A DNA stretch of 64,000 nt from Bdellovibrio sp. (GCA_036677065.1 JAKFBS010000002.1:576001-640000), one strand, 5' to 3'; shown: positions 52,796-61,617, counted from the stretch's first letter. Program-made: numbers and translations. The notes: generated from the letters alone by a model not told the origin.

Positions 52796-52822
52796 GTTTT
52801 ATCCTTTTTTTTGAGGGTTCTT

Positions 52823-52894
52823 TATTTTGAACCGATTGGTTCAAAATATACATCCCGTTAAAATAATTGCAATAAAATATTGAACCGAACGGTT
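52823..52894. promoter_or_regulatory. TetR operator pair
   Basis: Palindrome tattttgaacc-gatt-ggttcaaaata (52823-52848) and second copy ttgaaccgaacggtt (52880-52894) between the divergent SDR and TetR genes. Confidence 0.75.
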
Positions 52895-52914
52895 TTTTAT
52901 GATAAATTCATAAC

Positions 52915-53454
52915 ATGGGACGCCTAAAAGCCTTCAACCGTGATGACCTGCTCGACTCTGCTATCCAAATCTTTTGGAAGAAGGGATACGCCGACACGTC
53001 TTTATCTGACCTTGAAAAGGCCACAGGAGTGAACAAGTCTGGGCTCTATTCTGAATTCAATGATAAAGACGATATTTTTTATGAAAGTCTTAAAAGATAT
53101 CATGAGAGTTATCCTTTTTATGAACTTCTTAAAGCTGAACCACTTGGTTGGAACAACATCGTAAATTTTTTCAAGGCAAAGAATAATTGCAAAGGGCAAA
53201 AAGGTTGTTTTATGGCTTTTACCATGAGGGAACATTCCATCATCCCTAATAAAGTAAAACAACTTATCGAAAAAACTTCAGCCGAAGTCTATGAACTCTT
53301 TTTAAAAAATGTAAAAGCTACCGGCACAAAAAATCCAGAGGCCAAGACCACTCACCTAATGACTTATTCAATGGGCTCGTGCCTAAAAACAAATGTGCAA
53401 AAGCCTGAAGCCCTTGCTGATGAAATGATGTCGTTTATTGAAATGCTTAAATAG
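52915..53454 (+). CDS. TetR/AcrR-family regulator
   Basis: MGR.KAF, FWKKGY..TSL.DL..ATGV.KSGLY.EF.DK, GCF. Confidence 0.92.
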   Translation: MGRLKAFNRDDLLDSAIQIFWKKGYADTSLSDLEKATGVNKSGLYSEFNDKDDIFYESLKRYHESYPFYELLKAEPLGWNNIVNFFKAKNNCKGQKGCFMAFTMREHSIIPNKVKQLIEKTSAEVYELFLKNVKATGTKNPEAKTTHLMTYSMGSCLKTNVQKPEALADEMMSFIEMLK

Positions 53455-53456
53455 CT

Positions 53457-53996
53457 CTATTCTTCGCTATCGCCCGCCAGCAACTGCTGAGGTAAATTCT
53501 TAAACGAGTTAACTTTTCCACTTTTAAACTCTAAAACCCAGTAACGGTCAAAATTCTTACCCCACGTGACAGGAGCATTAACTGCCCCAAGCTGATGGGC
53601 AATGTCTGCCAACGTCTCATGTTGCCAGGCAACCAGAACCACTTGGCCATTGTATCTATCGTCATGTGATAACAGCTGCACTAAGTCTGTAACTTCGTCT
53701 CGAGTGAAAGGTGTCTGAATCTGCAAACCGAGCGCACTAGATAGCGGTTGCAAAGTTTGAATAGAACGAATAGATCCCTTTTTTTTGTGCGGCTTTAATG
53801 CGATCAAATTCGTGATGTTTGCATTTCCAAAAAGATGGGCTAACCCTTCGGCGCGCTTCCAGCCGATTTTAGAAAGTTCAGTTCCTTCAGTCCCAAGTGG
53901 TTCTTCGCCGTGGCGGATAAGGATAACTTTACTGGGCATAGCAACGGCCACTGTCGTAAATGCTAATAAGGCGAAAAGAAGAAGAAGAGTTTTCAT
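53457..53996 (-). CDS. Secreted histidine phosphatase-superfamily protein
   Basis: Signal peptide; ILIRHGE, R..QT..PL, VAWQH. Confidence 0.8.
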   Translation of the reverse strand: MKTLLLLFALLAFTTVAVAMPSKVILIRHGEEPLGTEGTELSKIGWKRAEGLAHLFGNANITNLIALKPHKKKGSIRSIQTLQPLSSALGLQIQTPFTRDEVTDLVQLLSHDDRYNGQVVLVAWQHETLADIAHQLGAVNAPVTWGKNFDRYWVLEFKSGKVNSFKNLPQQLLAGDSEE

Positions 53997-54291
53997 AATG
54001 AGCTAATTATGCAGAACTGGCTCCATATTCAAAGTAAATACAGTAGTATTGGCTGTCTACTCATTTGACGGTCTACAGTTTTATGTCTTTTTTTAGTTAA
54101 GAATTGGTTCGCGCGAACTCATACTGTTTTCTCTAGGCAACAAGTATGAAAAATCAGACACAATTTGTGAGTTAAACCATGAATAAATTGCCATTAATTT
54201 CATTTATCATAATTCAATAGTTTATGAATTATCTTAATTATTTTGTAAGGGGTATTTCATCATTCAAGAACAACCTAACAAAGGAACCAAA

Positions 54292-54732
54292 ATGAAAAAA
54301 CTATTAGTTATCTTAACAGGTACCCTATTAACGCTAACATCAACTGCGTACGCTAGAAACTCTGTACACACAGTTACTCTTGACAGTAAAGCGATTGATT
54401 TAGCGATCAACAGTGAGTCAGCTCACTTCAGAGTTAACTACCCTGGCCTTGGGAATCGTGCTGTTTGCTCTCTTGAACTTCAGGTAAGCCCTTACAACTA
54501 TGTATCATCAGGAGGTCTTAATGATCTTTTAGTTGTTGAAGAAACTTTCGCTCACCAAGTGATCCCGTTAAAAATCGTTGATTCAAAATCAGCGAGCATT
54601 GAATTAGAACGCAATTTGTACGTAACACAAGTTTCTATTTCAACTCGCGATGGCCGCACATTGCGCGAAGCTTTAAAAGATCTTGGAATCTACAAAGGGT
54701 ACTTAAAATTAGTTGGCCGCGGTTGCCAGTAA
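54292..54732 (+). CDS. Secreted hypothetical protein
   Basis: AAGGA RBS, signal peptide ending AYA, two Cys including a near-terminal one. Confidence 0.65.
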   Translation: MKKLLVILTGTLLTLTSTAYARNSVHTVTLDSKAIDLAINSESAHFRVNYPGLGNRAVCSLELQVSPYNYVSSGGLNDLLVVEETFAHQVIPLKIVDSKSASIELERNLYVTQVSISTRDGRTLREALKDLGIYKGYLKLVGRGCQ

Positions 54733-54782
54733 TTTTTCTTGTCTTTGTTACTCATTTAACAACCACCCAAATAATTTCAGAC

Positions 54783-54817
54783 AAAAAAAATCCCAAGTTT
54801 TAAGGCTTGGGATTTTT
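54783..54817. terminator. Bidirectional intrinsic terminator (near-copy of the tRNA-Leu terminator)
   Basis: aaaaatcccaag-ttttaagg-cttgggattttt between convergent genes. Confidence 0.8.
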
Positions 54818-54838
54818 ATCTTATCGGATCCTATTCTT

Positions 54839-56743
54839 CTACAGCGCTATCTGAACGCCGATTTCAACGACTCTATCTTTCGGAAGCTGAAAATAATCCG
54901 AAGCTGAAATTTCGTTTTTTGAAATAATTGAATAAATCTTTTCTCTCCAGATGGCCATTCCAGGAAATTCGGTCGCATAAAGACTTTCTTTACCAATGAC
55001 AAAGCTGACTTTATCAATATTTAGCACTTGATTTCCTAATTTCAAATTTGCAATTTCTTTGGGAATGTCTGGTTGTTCTAAATATCCGTACAATAGAGTG
55101 ATTTGATAATTATCATGCGGTAACGGTGATACTTTGACCCGCTCCTCATTAGTGACAAAGGGCGAACTATCTGTTTGCACCGTTAAAAAGACAAGATTCT
55201 GATGAACAGTTTTAAAATGTTTGTAAGCGTGGACAAGTGAATACGGTGTATAAAGAAGGCTTCGATTCAAGTAAACGGCAGTTCCTTCGATGCGATTTGG
55301 ATTTTTAGATATGACCTCGTTTAGAAAGTCAGTCAGAAGAATTGTTTTTTCCTGCTGATGAAGACTTAAAAGCATCCGCCCTTTGTGCCATGTTGTCATC
55401 AATGTGAATCCAGCAATACCGACTAATAAAGGAAACCATCCCCCATCTAGAATTTTAAGTAAATTTGCGCCCCAGAATGCCAGATCGATCACTAAAAAAA
55501 TTCCGCAAATAGATCCTGCAGTTAAGCGACTCCAGTTCCATTTTTCACGGGCAACAAAATAAAACAAGATGGTTGTGATCACCATCGTCGTTGTCACGGC
55601 TAGACCGTAAGCAGAAGCTAAATTACTTGAAGTTTTAAAAGCTAGAACCAAAGCAATACTGCCAACCATCAGAAGTCGGTTCATATTTTTTACATAAATC
55701 TGCCCGATTTCGTGTTTTGAAGTATGTGAAATATGAAAGCGCGGAAGATATCCATTCTGAACGGCTTGTAAAGTTAACGAGAAAACCCCGGTGATTAAGG
55801 CTTGCGAGGCAATGGTCGTAGCCAGTGCCGCAAGCAACACGAGCGGATAAAGCGCCCACTCGGGCGCAAGGTGATAAAATGGATTTTCAATGGCTTCTGG
55901 GTTTCGCAAAAGAAGTGCACCTTGACCGAAGTAATTTAGAGTCAAACCAGGAAGAGCGACAAAAAACCAGGCTTGCTTGATAGGCTTTATACCAAAATGC
56001 CCAAGGTCAGAATATAGCGCTTCTCCGCCGGTAACGACTAAAAATACTGATCCTAATACAACAAACCCGTACCAAGCATTCATCTGAAAAAATGAAATAA
56101 TATAAACCGGATTGATCGCTTTAAAAATTTCTGGCGTTTGCACAATGCTAATAATACCCAATACACCTAATACGATAAACCAAGTCAGAGTAACGGGTCC
56201 AAAAATTTTACCAACCGTGGCAGTCCCCTTTTTTTGAATCGAAAAAAGAGCGACCAGAATACCGACAGTAATCGGGATAATATAAGGATTAAAAACCGGA
56301 GTAATTAAGCCAAGACCTTCAATGGCACTTAGAATCGAAATCGCCGGAGTTATCATGCCATCGCCGTATAAAAGTGCTGTTCCAAATAACCCTAGCAAAA
56401 TCAGAATCATTTTACTTTTCGGAAGTTTGTCATCATCGCGTTTTTTGACGGGTGTAATCAGCGATGTCAAAGCTAGAATTCCGCCTTCGCCCTTATGATC
56501 AGCACGTAAGATAAAAGTTAAATACTTAATCGAGATCACAATCATAAGAGACCAAAAAATTAAAGAAATAAGACCGAATACATTTTCTGGAAGTGCCACC
56601 ACATGATGGCCGGGATGAAAGGCTTCTTTAAGCGCATACAATGGGCTGGTGCCGATGTCGCCGTACACAACGCCAAGCGCACCAAGGGCTAATAAATATT
56701 TGTATCCAGGAGTCTTATTTGAATCAGAAATTATGTTCGACAT
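54839..56743 (-). CDS. kup: KUP-family potassium transporter
   Basis: GVVYGDIGTSPLYA, ADHKGEGG, GDGMITPAIS, TGGEALY.DLGHFG, YFQLP..RVVEIG.Q. Confidence 0.95.
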   Translation of the reverse strand: MSNIISDSNKTPGYKYLLALGALGVVYGDIGTSPLYALKEAFHPGHHVVALPENVFGLISLIFWSLMIVISIKYLTFILRADHKGEGGILALTSLITPVKKRDDDKLPKSKMILILLGLFGTALLYGDGMITPAISILSAIEGLGLITPVFNPYIIPITVGILVALFSIQKKGTATVGKIFGPVTLTWFIVLGVLGIISIVQTPEIFKAINPVYIISFFQMNAWYGFVVLGSVFLVVTGGEALYSDLGHFGIKPIKQAWFFVALPGLTLNYFGQGALLLRNPEAIENPFYHLAPEWALYPLVLLAALATTIASQALITGVFSLTLQAVQNGYLPRFHISHTSKHEIGQIYVKNMNRLLMVGSIALVLAFKTSSNLASAYGLAVTTTMVITTILFYFVAREKWNWSRLTAGSICGIFLVIDLAFWGANLLKILDGGWFPLLVGIAGFTLMTTWHKGRMLLSLHQQEKTILLTDFLNEVISKNPNRIEGTAVYLNRSLLYTPYSLVHAYKHFKTVHQNLVFLTVQTDSSPFVTNEERVKVSPLPHDNYQITLLYGYLEQPDIPKEIANLKLGNQVLNIDKVSFVIGKESLYATEFPGMAIWREKIYSIISKNEISASDYFQLPKDRVVEIGVQIAL

Positions 56744-56804
56744 AGCTTCAAGATTTAACATGAAACCATTTAGATGTTGTGAGTTTTTTATCTCTGAAAA
56801 GAAG

Positions 56805-56919
56805 AATGGTGCCCCTTGCTAAACGATTATCGAACTGCCGTATTGGAGATCTGTGCGTAAATTTGAGCTGACGCTGAATTGCTTGATTTTTTCCCACATC
56901 AAGCCAGACAAACTCGAAC
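56805..56919. repeat. ~115-bp att-like repeat, copy 1, beginning with the tRNA-Leu 3' end
   Basis: First 31 bp identical to 58015-58045; similarity continues to actcgaac; shares aatggtgcccc with the tRNA at 61524-61534. Confidence 0.85.
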
Positions 56920-57009
56920 CATCCAAGATGCATCGCAGCCCTACCCTTATTACCCCTGTTTACCCTTCCTGAGACAATACGCCTATCATACTGTGTCCAA
57001 TATAAATAA

Positions 57010-57038
57010 TTGCGGAATTACGTAATTTATGCTATTTT
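57010..57038 (+). promoter_or_regulatory. sigma70-like promoter with internal palindromic operator
   Basis: TTGCGG-N17-TATTTT; AATTACGTAATT (57016-57027) lies in the spacer. Confidence 0.45.
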
Positions 57039-57045
57039 ACTAAGA

Positions 57046-57351
57046 GTGGAGCAACGCCGAACTTACAAAATTAAAGCAATCACGATAAATGGCCTTTTGG
57101 TCAATCAAGTTGTTATCGATGCTCATTACGAAAAAAAGCATAAGCGCTACATGAACGACGAGCTGATTTTAAATCTAGTTCAAGAATTGAACGGTCGCAA
57201 AGAAGTTCCTGATTCAGTCAGTGGTCCTTATTCGTATTTTGCAACATTGATTGAACATAAAAATAAAAAATATAGACTGATATGGTTACTGGAAGATCAT
57301 GCAATTTATATCGGAATTATTAACGCTTACCGTGACACAAGAAAGGGATAA
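57046..57351 (+). CDS. Putative toxin (RelE/BrnT-like fold) of a toxin-antitoxin pair
   Basis: ~100 aa, YRLIWLL...GIINAYR terminal strands; directly upstream of an HTH gene; GTG start inferred. Confidence 0.5.
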   Translation: MEQRRTYKIKAITINGLLVNQVVIDAHYEKKHKRYMNDELILNLVQELNGRKEVPDSVSGPYSYFATLIEHKNKKYRLIWLLEDHAIYIGIINAYRDTRKG

Positions 57352-57355
57352 ACAA

Positions 57356-57658
57356 ATGAGCTTTCCTAGTGAAAAAGAATTAAAAACTGTTAGAAAAAAA
57401 CTATCAAAAGTTGAACCTTCACGTACTCTTCCTAAAAATGCTTCAAAAGTTGACACCTTGAAATATAAAGTTTGCGAAAGATTTGTCGTGTTTTTAATGG
57501 AAAACAAGCTGACTCAGGTCCAGCTGGCAAAAAAATTAAAAGTCAGTCCTGCTCGTGTAAATGAAATCATTAAATATCGAATTGATCTTTATACGCTAGA
57601 TAAACTTATTGAACTAGCCGACAGACTTTCTTTGGATATCAAACTCAAAGTGGCCTAA
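57356..57658 (+). CDS. XRE-family HTH protein (HigA-like antitoxin)
   Basis: LTQVQLAKKLKVSPARVNEII...YTLDKLI HTH; AAGGGA RBS. Confidence 0.75.
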   Translation: MSFPSEKELKTVRKKLSKVEPSRTLPKNASKVDTLKYKVCERFVVFLMENKLTQVQLAKKLKVSPARVNEIIKYRIDLYTLDKLIELADRLSLDIKLKVA

Positions 57659-57719
57659 GACAATAATTTTTTACAGTTAAAAAAGTAAAATACTAAATCT
57701 AATCTAAACAGAGGTTACT

Positions 57720-57959
57720 GTGCCAAAAGTTAGCTGGTCTTTTAACATCAATGAAAAAAATCATATTATTGAACTAGAACATGGATATTTTACTGGTAAA
57801 CGCAAAATAACTGTGGATGGTCGCGTGATTCTAGCGAAGACGAATTTTAAAGATTTTGGCAGCGTTCATGACTTTGAAATTGAAAGCCAAAAGTTCAGAG
57901 TTTCAATAAAATCCAAATTTTTGAATTGGCATTATTTCTTTGAAGCTATTCGGATCTAG
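57720..57959 (+). CDS. Small beta-rich hypothetical protein (possibly FAIM1-like)
   Basis: GAGG RBS and GTG; H.IELEHG..TGKRKI.VDG. Confidence 0.55.
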   Translation: MPKVSWSFNINEKNHIIELEHGYFTGKRKITVDGRVILAKTNFKDFGSVHDFEIESQKFRVSIKSKFLNWHYFFEAIRI

Positions 57960-58014
57960 ATTAGGTCAGTTAATTTCGGGGTTTTTTTACGTATGTCTCA
58001 TTCCAGACAAAAAA

Positions 58015-58130
58015 AATGGTGCCCCTTGCTAAACGATTATCGAACAGCAATCTTGGAGATCTGCGCGTAAAATTGAGCTGGGCATATTAATGCTCAGTTT
58101 TTATCCACACCTAGTTGAACAGACTCGAAC
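58015..58130. repeat. ~115-bp att-like repeat, copy 2
   Basis: Direct repeat of 56805-56919. Confidence 0.85.
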
Positions 58131-58166
58131 TAAGATTTTTAGGTAAGCACCATTCTGCAGGAGGAT

Positions 58167-58808
58167 TTAAATAGACCCGTATATAGCTTTGTTTTGATCT
58201 TTGTTTATCATTATAAAATCACACCGATACTTCGAATTAGAATGAGTAAAAACATAAACCTCGGAAATATTCTCAATTAAGCCGGTTATCTTTTTCATCC
58301 TTCTGGAATTTAAGCAACGCTCAACTCTAGATGGCATCTTTTCAAGATCAACTCTGTCAAAGTTACTAAATTTTCCTGATCTTACTATTAACTCGAAGTC
58401 CTGATGACTAACTTCGAAAGTCATTTGAAATGAAGACGAGCCCATTGCACTTATACTTCCGTAAGTTTCTATATTTTTGATACTTGTCGGTGCGGGATTA
58501 GCGATTATTTTTTGAAACATATTTTGAGGCGAATACTCCGCCAAACAGTAAGTGATGACAAAAATTGTGGCAATTACACTCATAAGGACAGAGGTTGCTC
58601 TTGCCAACTTGAAGGCGAGGAAGAACTTCTTCTTCTCTAAAAATTTAATAATGAAATGAATTCCCCCAAATATAGGTGAGCCAAACATGACTAACAACAT
58701 TGCTACAGAGGCATCAAAATATGAGATGGCTAATATCACTAGTAACCATTCAATTCCATAAATGCTTTTCAAATTTTTCGTTTTTTCTATTATCTTCGAA
58801 AATGTCAT
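58167..58808 (-). CDS. Hypothetical membrane protein
   Basis: About three N-terminal TM segments then a soluble domain. Confidence 0.55.
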   Translation of the reverse strand: MTFSKIIEKTKNLKSIYGIEWLLVILAISYFDASVAMLLVMFGSPIFGGIHFIIKFLEKKKFFLAFKLARATSVLMSVIATIFVITYCLAEYSPQNMFQKIIANPAPTSIKNIETYGSISAMGSSSFQMTFEVSHQDFELIVRSGKFSNFDRVDLEKMPSRVERCLNSRRMKKITGLIENISEVYVFTHSNSKYRCDFIMINKDQNKAIYGSI

Positions 58809-58834
58809 AATTTAAGATTACCTTTATTCAGTTA

Positions 58835-59437
58835 TCACTTAGATTTTTTGGTTAAAAGGTGTTCCAAATCCCGATTAGCTTCTTTGGAAAGTTTATTCAA
58901 ATGATATGGCAAAGTCTTTTGATCTAACTCATAAGTACCCGAAGTATTGAAAAATGCAACCGGCCATAGAAATATTGATATATAGGTTCTATACGGAAAA
59001 GAAGAAACATATGTTTTATTGAGTTTAGAATTTTCGCCTTTAATACTAACTGTAATTACACTCTCATAATCTTCCCACGACGGAATTAGGCCAAATGTTA
59101 AAGTACTCGCTGCAAACCAAACTTTATTGTGATTTTCAGTTATGTGTTTAATTTCCACTTCTGCTTTGTTGATGGTTTTACACTTTTGAGCTACGATAGG
59201 TACAAAATAACTTTTAATGATGTTCAACTGTTTTTGAACTCTCCGAGTCTCTACCGTATATTCAGTAACGTTCACCTCGCCGCGCGAATCATAATAACTA
59301 TCGTAAACCTTTGTAAGTTCCACACACTTAAACACTGGAGCCGGCGAAACTATCGACGCTTCGTAATTTTTGTCATATTTGCTAACCGCCGCACAACTGC
59401 TTAATAAAAATAGTATCCCCACTAACTTCAACATCAT
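58835..59437 (-). CDS. Hypothetical lipoprotein
   Basis: GGAG RBS, lipobox LSSC, TLTFGLIPSW segment. Confidence 0.6.
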   Translation of the reverse strand: MMLKLVGILFLLSSCAAVSKYDKNYEASIVSPAPVFKCVELTKVYDSYYDSRGEVNVTEYTVETRRVQKQLNIIKSYFVPIVAQKCKTINKAEVEIKHITENHNKVWFAASTLTFGLIPSWEDYESVITVSIKGENSKLNKTYVSSFPYRTYISIFLWPVAFFNTSGTYELDQKTLPYHLNKLSKEANRDLEHLLTKKSK

Positions 59438-59450
59438 TACTCCAACTGCA

Positions 59451-59663
59451 TCAATCAATAATAACCAGAAATTTTGCCACGATCCCAAAACCAATAAAAC
59501 AGTATGCTATTATAAAAAGTTTCTTCGGATAGGACTTCTTTAAAAGAAGCTTACTCAACAATATGAAGGATAAGATTCCTAAGCCAGTATAAAGTCCAAA
59601 AATATTTAAAAAAAGTAGTGGCACCAATAAGACTGGCAATACGTATTGTAAGAAAATTTCCAT
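59451..59663 (-). CDS. Small hydrophobic membrane protein
   Basis: GGAG RBS, 70 aa, hydrophobic. Confidence 0.45.
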   Translation of the reverse strand: MEIFLQYVLPVLLVPLLFLNIFGLYTGLGILSFILLSKLLLKKSYPKKLFIIAYCFIGFGIVAKFLVIID

Positions 59664-59678
59664 TACTCCACCATCTTT

Positions 59679-60491
59679 TTACTTACCTAGAAGTTTCCTA
59701 AGATCGTCTGTCGAATAAAAACGTAAGTCCGATTTTTCTAACGGAATGCCCTTCGCATCTTTTTCTTCATAAATAATCTTTGGCCCATAAATATAACCTT
59801 GCATTTCATTTTGCGTTGTAATTTCTTTGTGAACTTCAATGAAATATCCATCGTGTTTATACAGAATCGTACCACCATCAGCATAAGCTTCAATCACGAT
59901 GTTCGCATAAACAGGTTTGTATCCAGCTTTGACCGATTCAAAATCTATGTCAGCCTGCTCTTGCGGAGGGACCCACTGATAACGCATGCTCAGGTCAAAA
60001 ACAGGTGTGCTTTCACTTGCCTCAATCCAGCCGTCGATACCATCACCCTCAATTTTGACAGCCATTGAATCCTTGTTGTTCTTAATACGCAATACTTTTG
60101 CTTTTGAAAACTTTGGCAGAGTACCAATCTTACTTGCTGACTTTAGTTCGGGGCTCGCATATATGTCGGTATCGTTATAAATACGAACCACATGCTTTCT
60201 ATCATGAACATTATCATCTATAAAGATCACAAGGGCTGCTACTATAACGATAACTAATCGTGTGATTAATCCTTGCCAATTAAATGTCTTCAATTTGAAT
60301 CTGTTCACAATTTTAATTCGCGCGAATACTATCACAACTATCGCAAACAAAAATATCAGGACAGTAGTCCAAAAGGTAAATTCACTTGAGTACGAACGAT
60401 TAGTCGAAGCAGTCATTATGCCGAATAAGCTATAAAGCACTACACCTAATTCAATGAATAAAAATAATGAGTATAAAAAAATATTTAGCAT
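59679..60491 (-). CDS. Membrane protein with SH3b-like domain
   Basis: Three TM segments; DIYASP...SKIGTL.K..K.KVL...GWI SH3b-like pattern. Confidence 0.55.
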   Translation of the reverse strand: MLNIFLYSLFLFIELGVVLYSLFGIMTASTNRSYSSEFTFWTTVLIFLFAIVVIVFARIKIVNRFKLKTFNWQGLITRLVIVIVAALVIFIDDNVHDRKHVVRIYNDTDIYASPELKSASKIGTLPKFSKAKVLRIKNNKDSMAVKIEGDGIDGWIEASESTPVFDLSMRYQWVPPQEQADIDFESVKAGYKPVYANIVIEAYADGGTILYKHDGYFIEVHKEITTQNEMQGYIYGPKIIYEEKDAKGIPLEKSDLRFYSTDDLRKLLGK

Positions 60492-60625
60492 AACTTACTT
60501 CTAACGGACATAAATTATTACATCACAATTATTTGCGATGTTTAAATAGATTGTTATTTATGTATGTATGGTCTAGTCTAATGTTTGTGGCTAAGCATAA
60601 GCGGTTAAATTGTTTTTTTTGTAAA

Positions 60626-60901
60626 ATGACGAGTGTTATCTATAAGTGGTATGGGTTGGAAACTCCTAAAACTCGGCCATGGAAAAGGTACGCTTTATTA
60701 TATACAGCTATCTTTATGGTAGTTGGAATTGTCGCATTAACGATGAATCTTCATAGTATTCAATCAAACCAACTTACCCCAACTTATTTCATTCTATTTG
60801 GATTCGTTTTATTAATTAGTATTCTTGGCTTGATGATCGCTACAATTGGATGTGACTCATGCGTTGTAAGAGTTTTTGGAAATTTTGATTTTACAATTTA
60901 A
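60626..60901 (+). CDS. Small two-TM hypothetical protein (start uncertain)
   Basis: Two hydrophobic helices followed by GCDSC. Confidence 0.4.
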   Translation: MTSVIYKWYGLETPKTRPWKRYALLYTAIFMVVGIVALTMNLHSIQSNQLTPTYFILFGFVLLISILGLMIATIGCDSCVVRVFGNFDFTI

Positions 60902-60960
60902 TAAGTTAAATGGTGCGCTTTATTCAACGTGTATTGTTTGCCAATTAGGGAGTACTTAGA

Positions 60961-61380
60961 GTGATTGGTATATTTGTTATTTTAGTTGTATTGGGCCTCG
61001 GAGGTACGATGCTTCCAATTCCCCATACTGAGATTTCGCAGCAAAAGCCTTTCAATGACTTTATTGGTCGTGAGTATCGCGTGATAGGTCCTACGTATGC
61101 GATGTACTGGAACGATTTTCCCGACAAAGAAAAAATCCTTACAGTATCTATTGCGTCGGCAAGAACAAAAAATCGTTTCGTTACGAAAATTGTACCATTA
61201 CAAGTGGGCCAAAGAATTCGCATCGTTAGCGCCTGGCACTACTGGGCATTGATTGAGTACATCAGATACTACAAGGTTTCAGTAACTGACCTTGATTCAC
61301 CTGCTGGTGTTCCAATCCAGATGGATGTGAAATCTAATGGCATACCTGATCCACTCATTTACGAACCAATAAGCCAGTAA
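60961..61380 (+). CDS. Hypothetical exported protein
   Basis: GGGAG RBS, GTG start, hydrophobic N-terminus. Confidence 0.5.
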   Translation: MIGIFVILVVLGLGGTMLPIPHTEISQQKPFNDFIGREYRVIGPTYAMYWNDFPDKEKILTVSIASARTKNRFVTKIVPLQVGQRIRIVSAWHYWALIEYIRYYKVSVTDLDSPAGVPIQMDVKSNGIPDPLIYEPISQ

Positions 61381-61475
61381 TCAATCTCACTAACACGTGG
61401 CACTCAAATGGCACACGATATCTAAATTTGCCGAGGATTTCTGTGCCAGCTAATTCTCAAAGAGGAATTTCAGGC

Positions 61476-61507
61476 AAAAAAAATCCCAAGTTTTAAGGCT
61501 CAGGATT
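61476..61507 (-). terminator. Intrinsic terminator of tRNA-Leu
   Basis: Minus-strand RNA AAUCCUGAG-loop-CUUGGGAUU (two G-U pairs) followed by a U tract. Confidence 0.75.
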
Positions 61508-61525
61508 GATTATTCAACTTTTAAA

Positions 61526-61617
61526 TGGTGCCCCGGGCCGGACTTGAACCGGCACGCCCGTGTTAACGAAGCTCAGGATTTTAAGTCCTGTGTGTCTACC
61601 AATTTCACCACCGGGGC
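61526..61617 (-). tRNA. tRNA-Leu (anticodon TAA), CCA encoded
   Basis: Acceptor stem GCCCCGG/CCGGGGC-ACCA, anticodon arm CAGGA-CTTAAAA-TCCTG, long variable arm, T-arm GCCGG-TTCAAGT-CCGGC. Confidence 0.96.

Noticed and set aside
56748..56933. 61-aa minus-strand ORF across repeat copy 1
   Set aside because: No RBS or recognisable motif; it coincides with the att-like repeat, and the equivalent frame in copy 2 has no called ORF.
56805..58130. Repeats as a CRISPR array or extra tRNAs
   Set aside because: Only two copies 1.2 kb apart, no cas genes, and no cloverleaf can be folded beyond the GGGGCACCA end.
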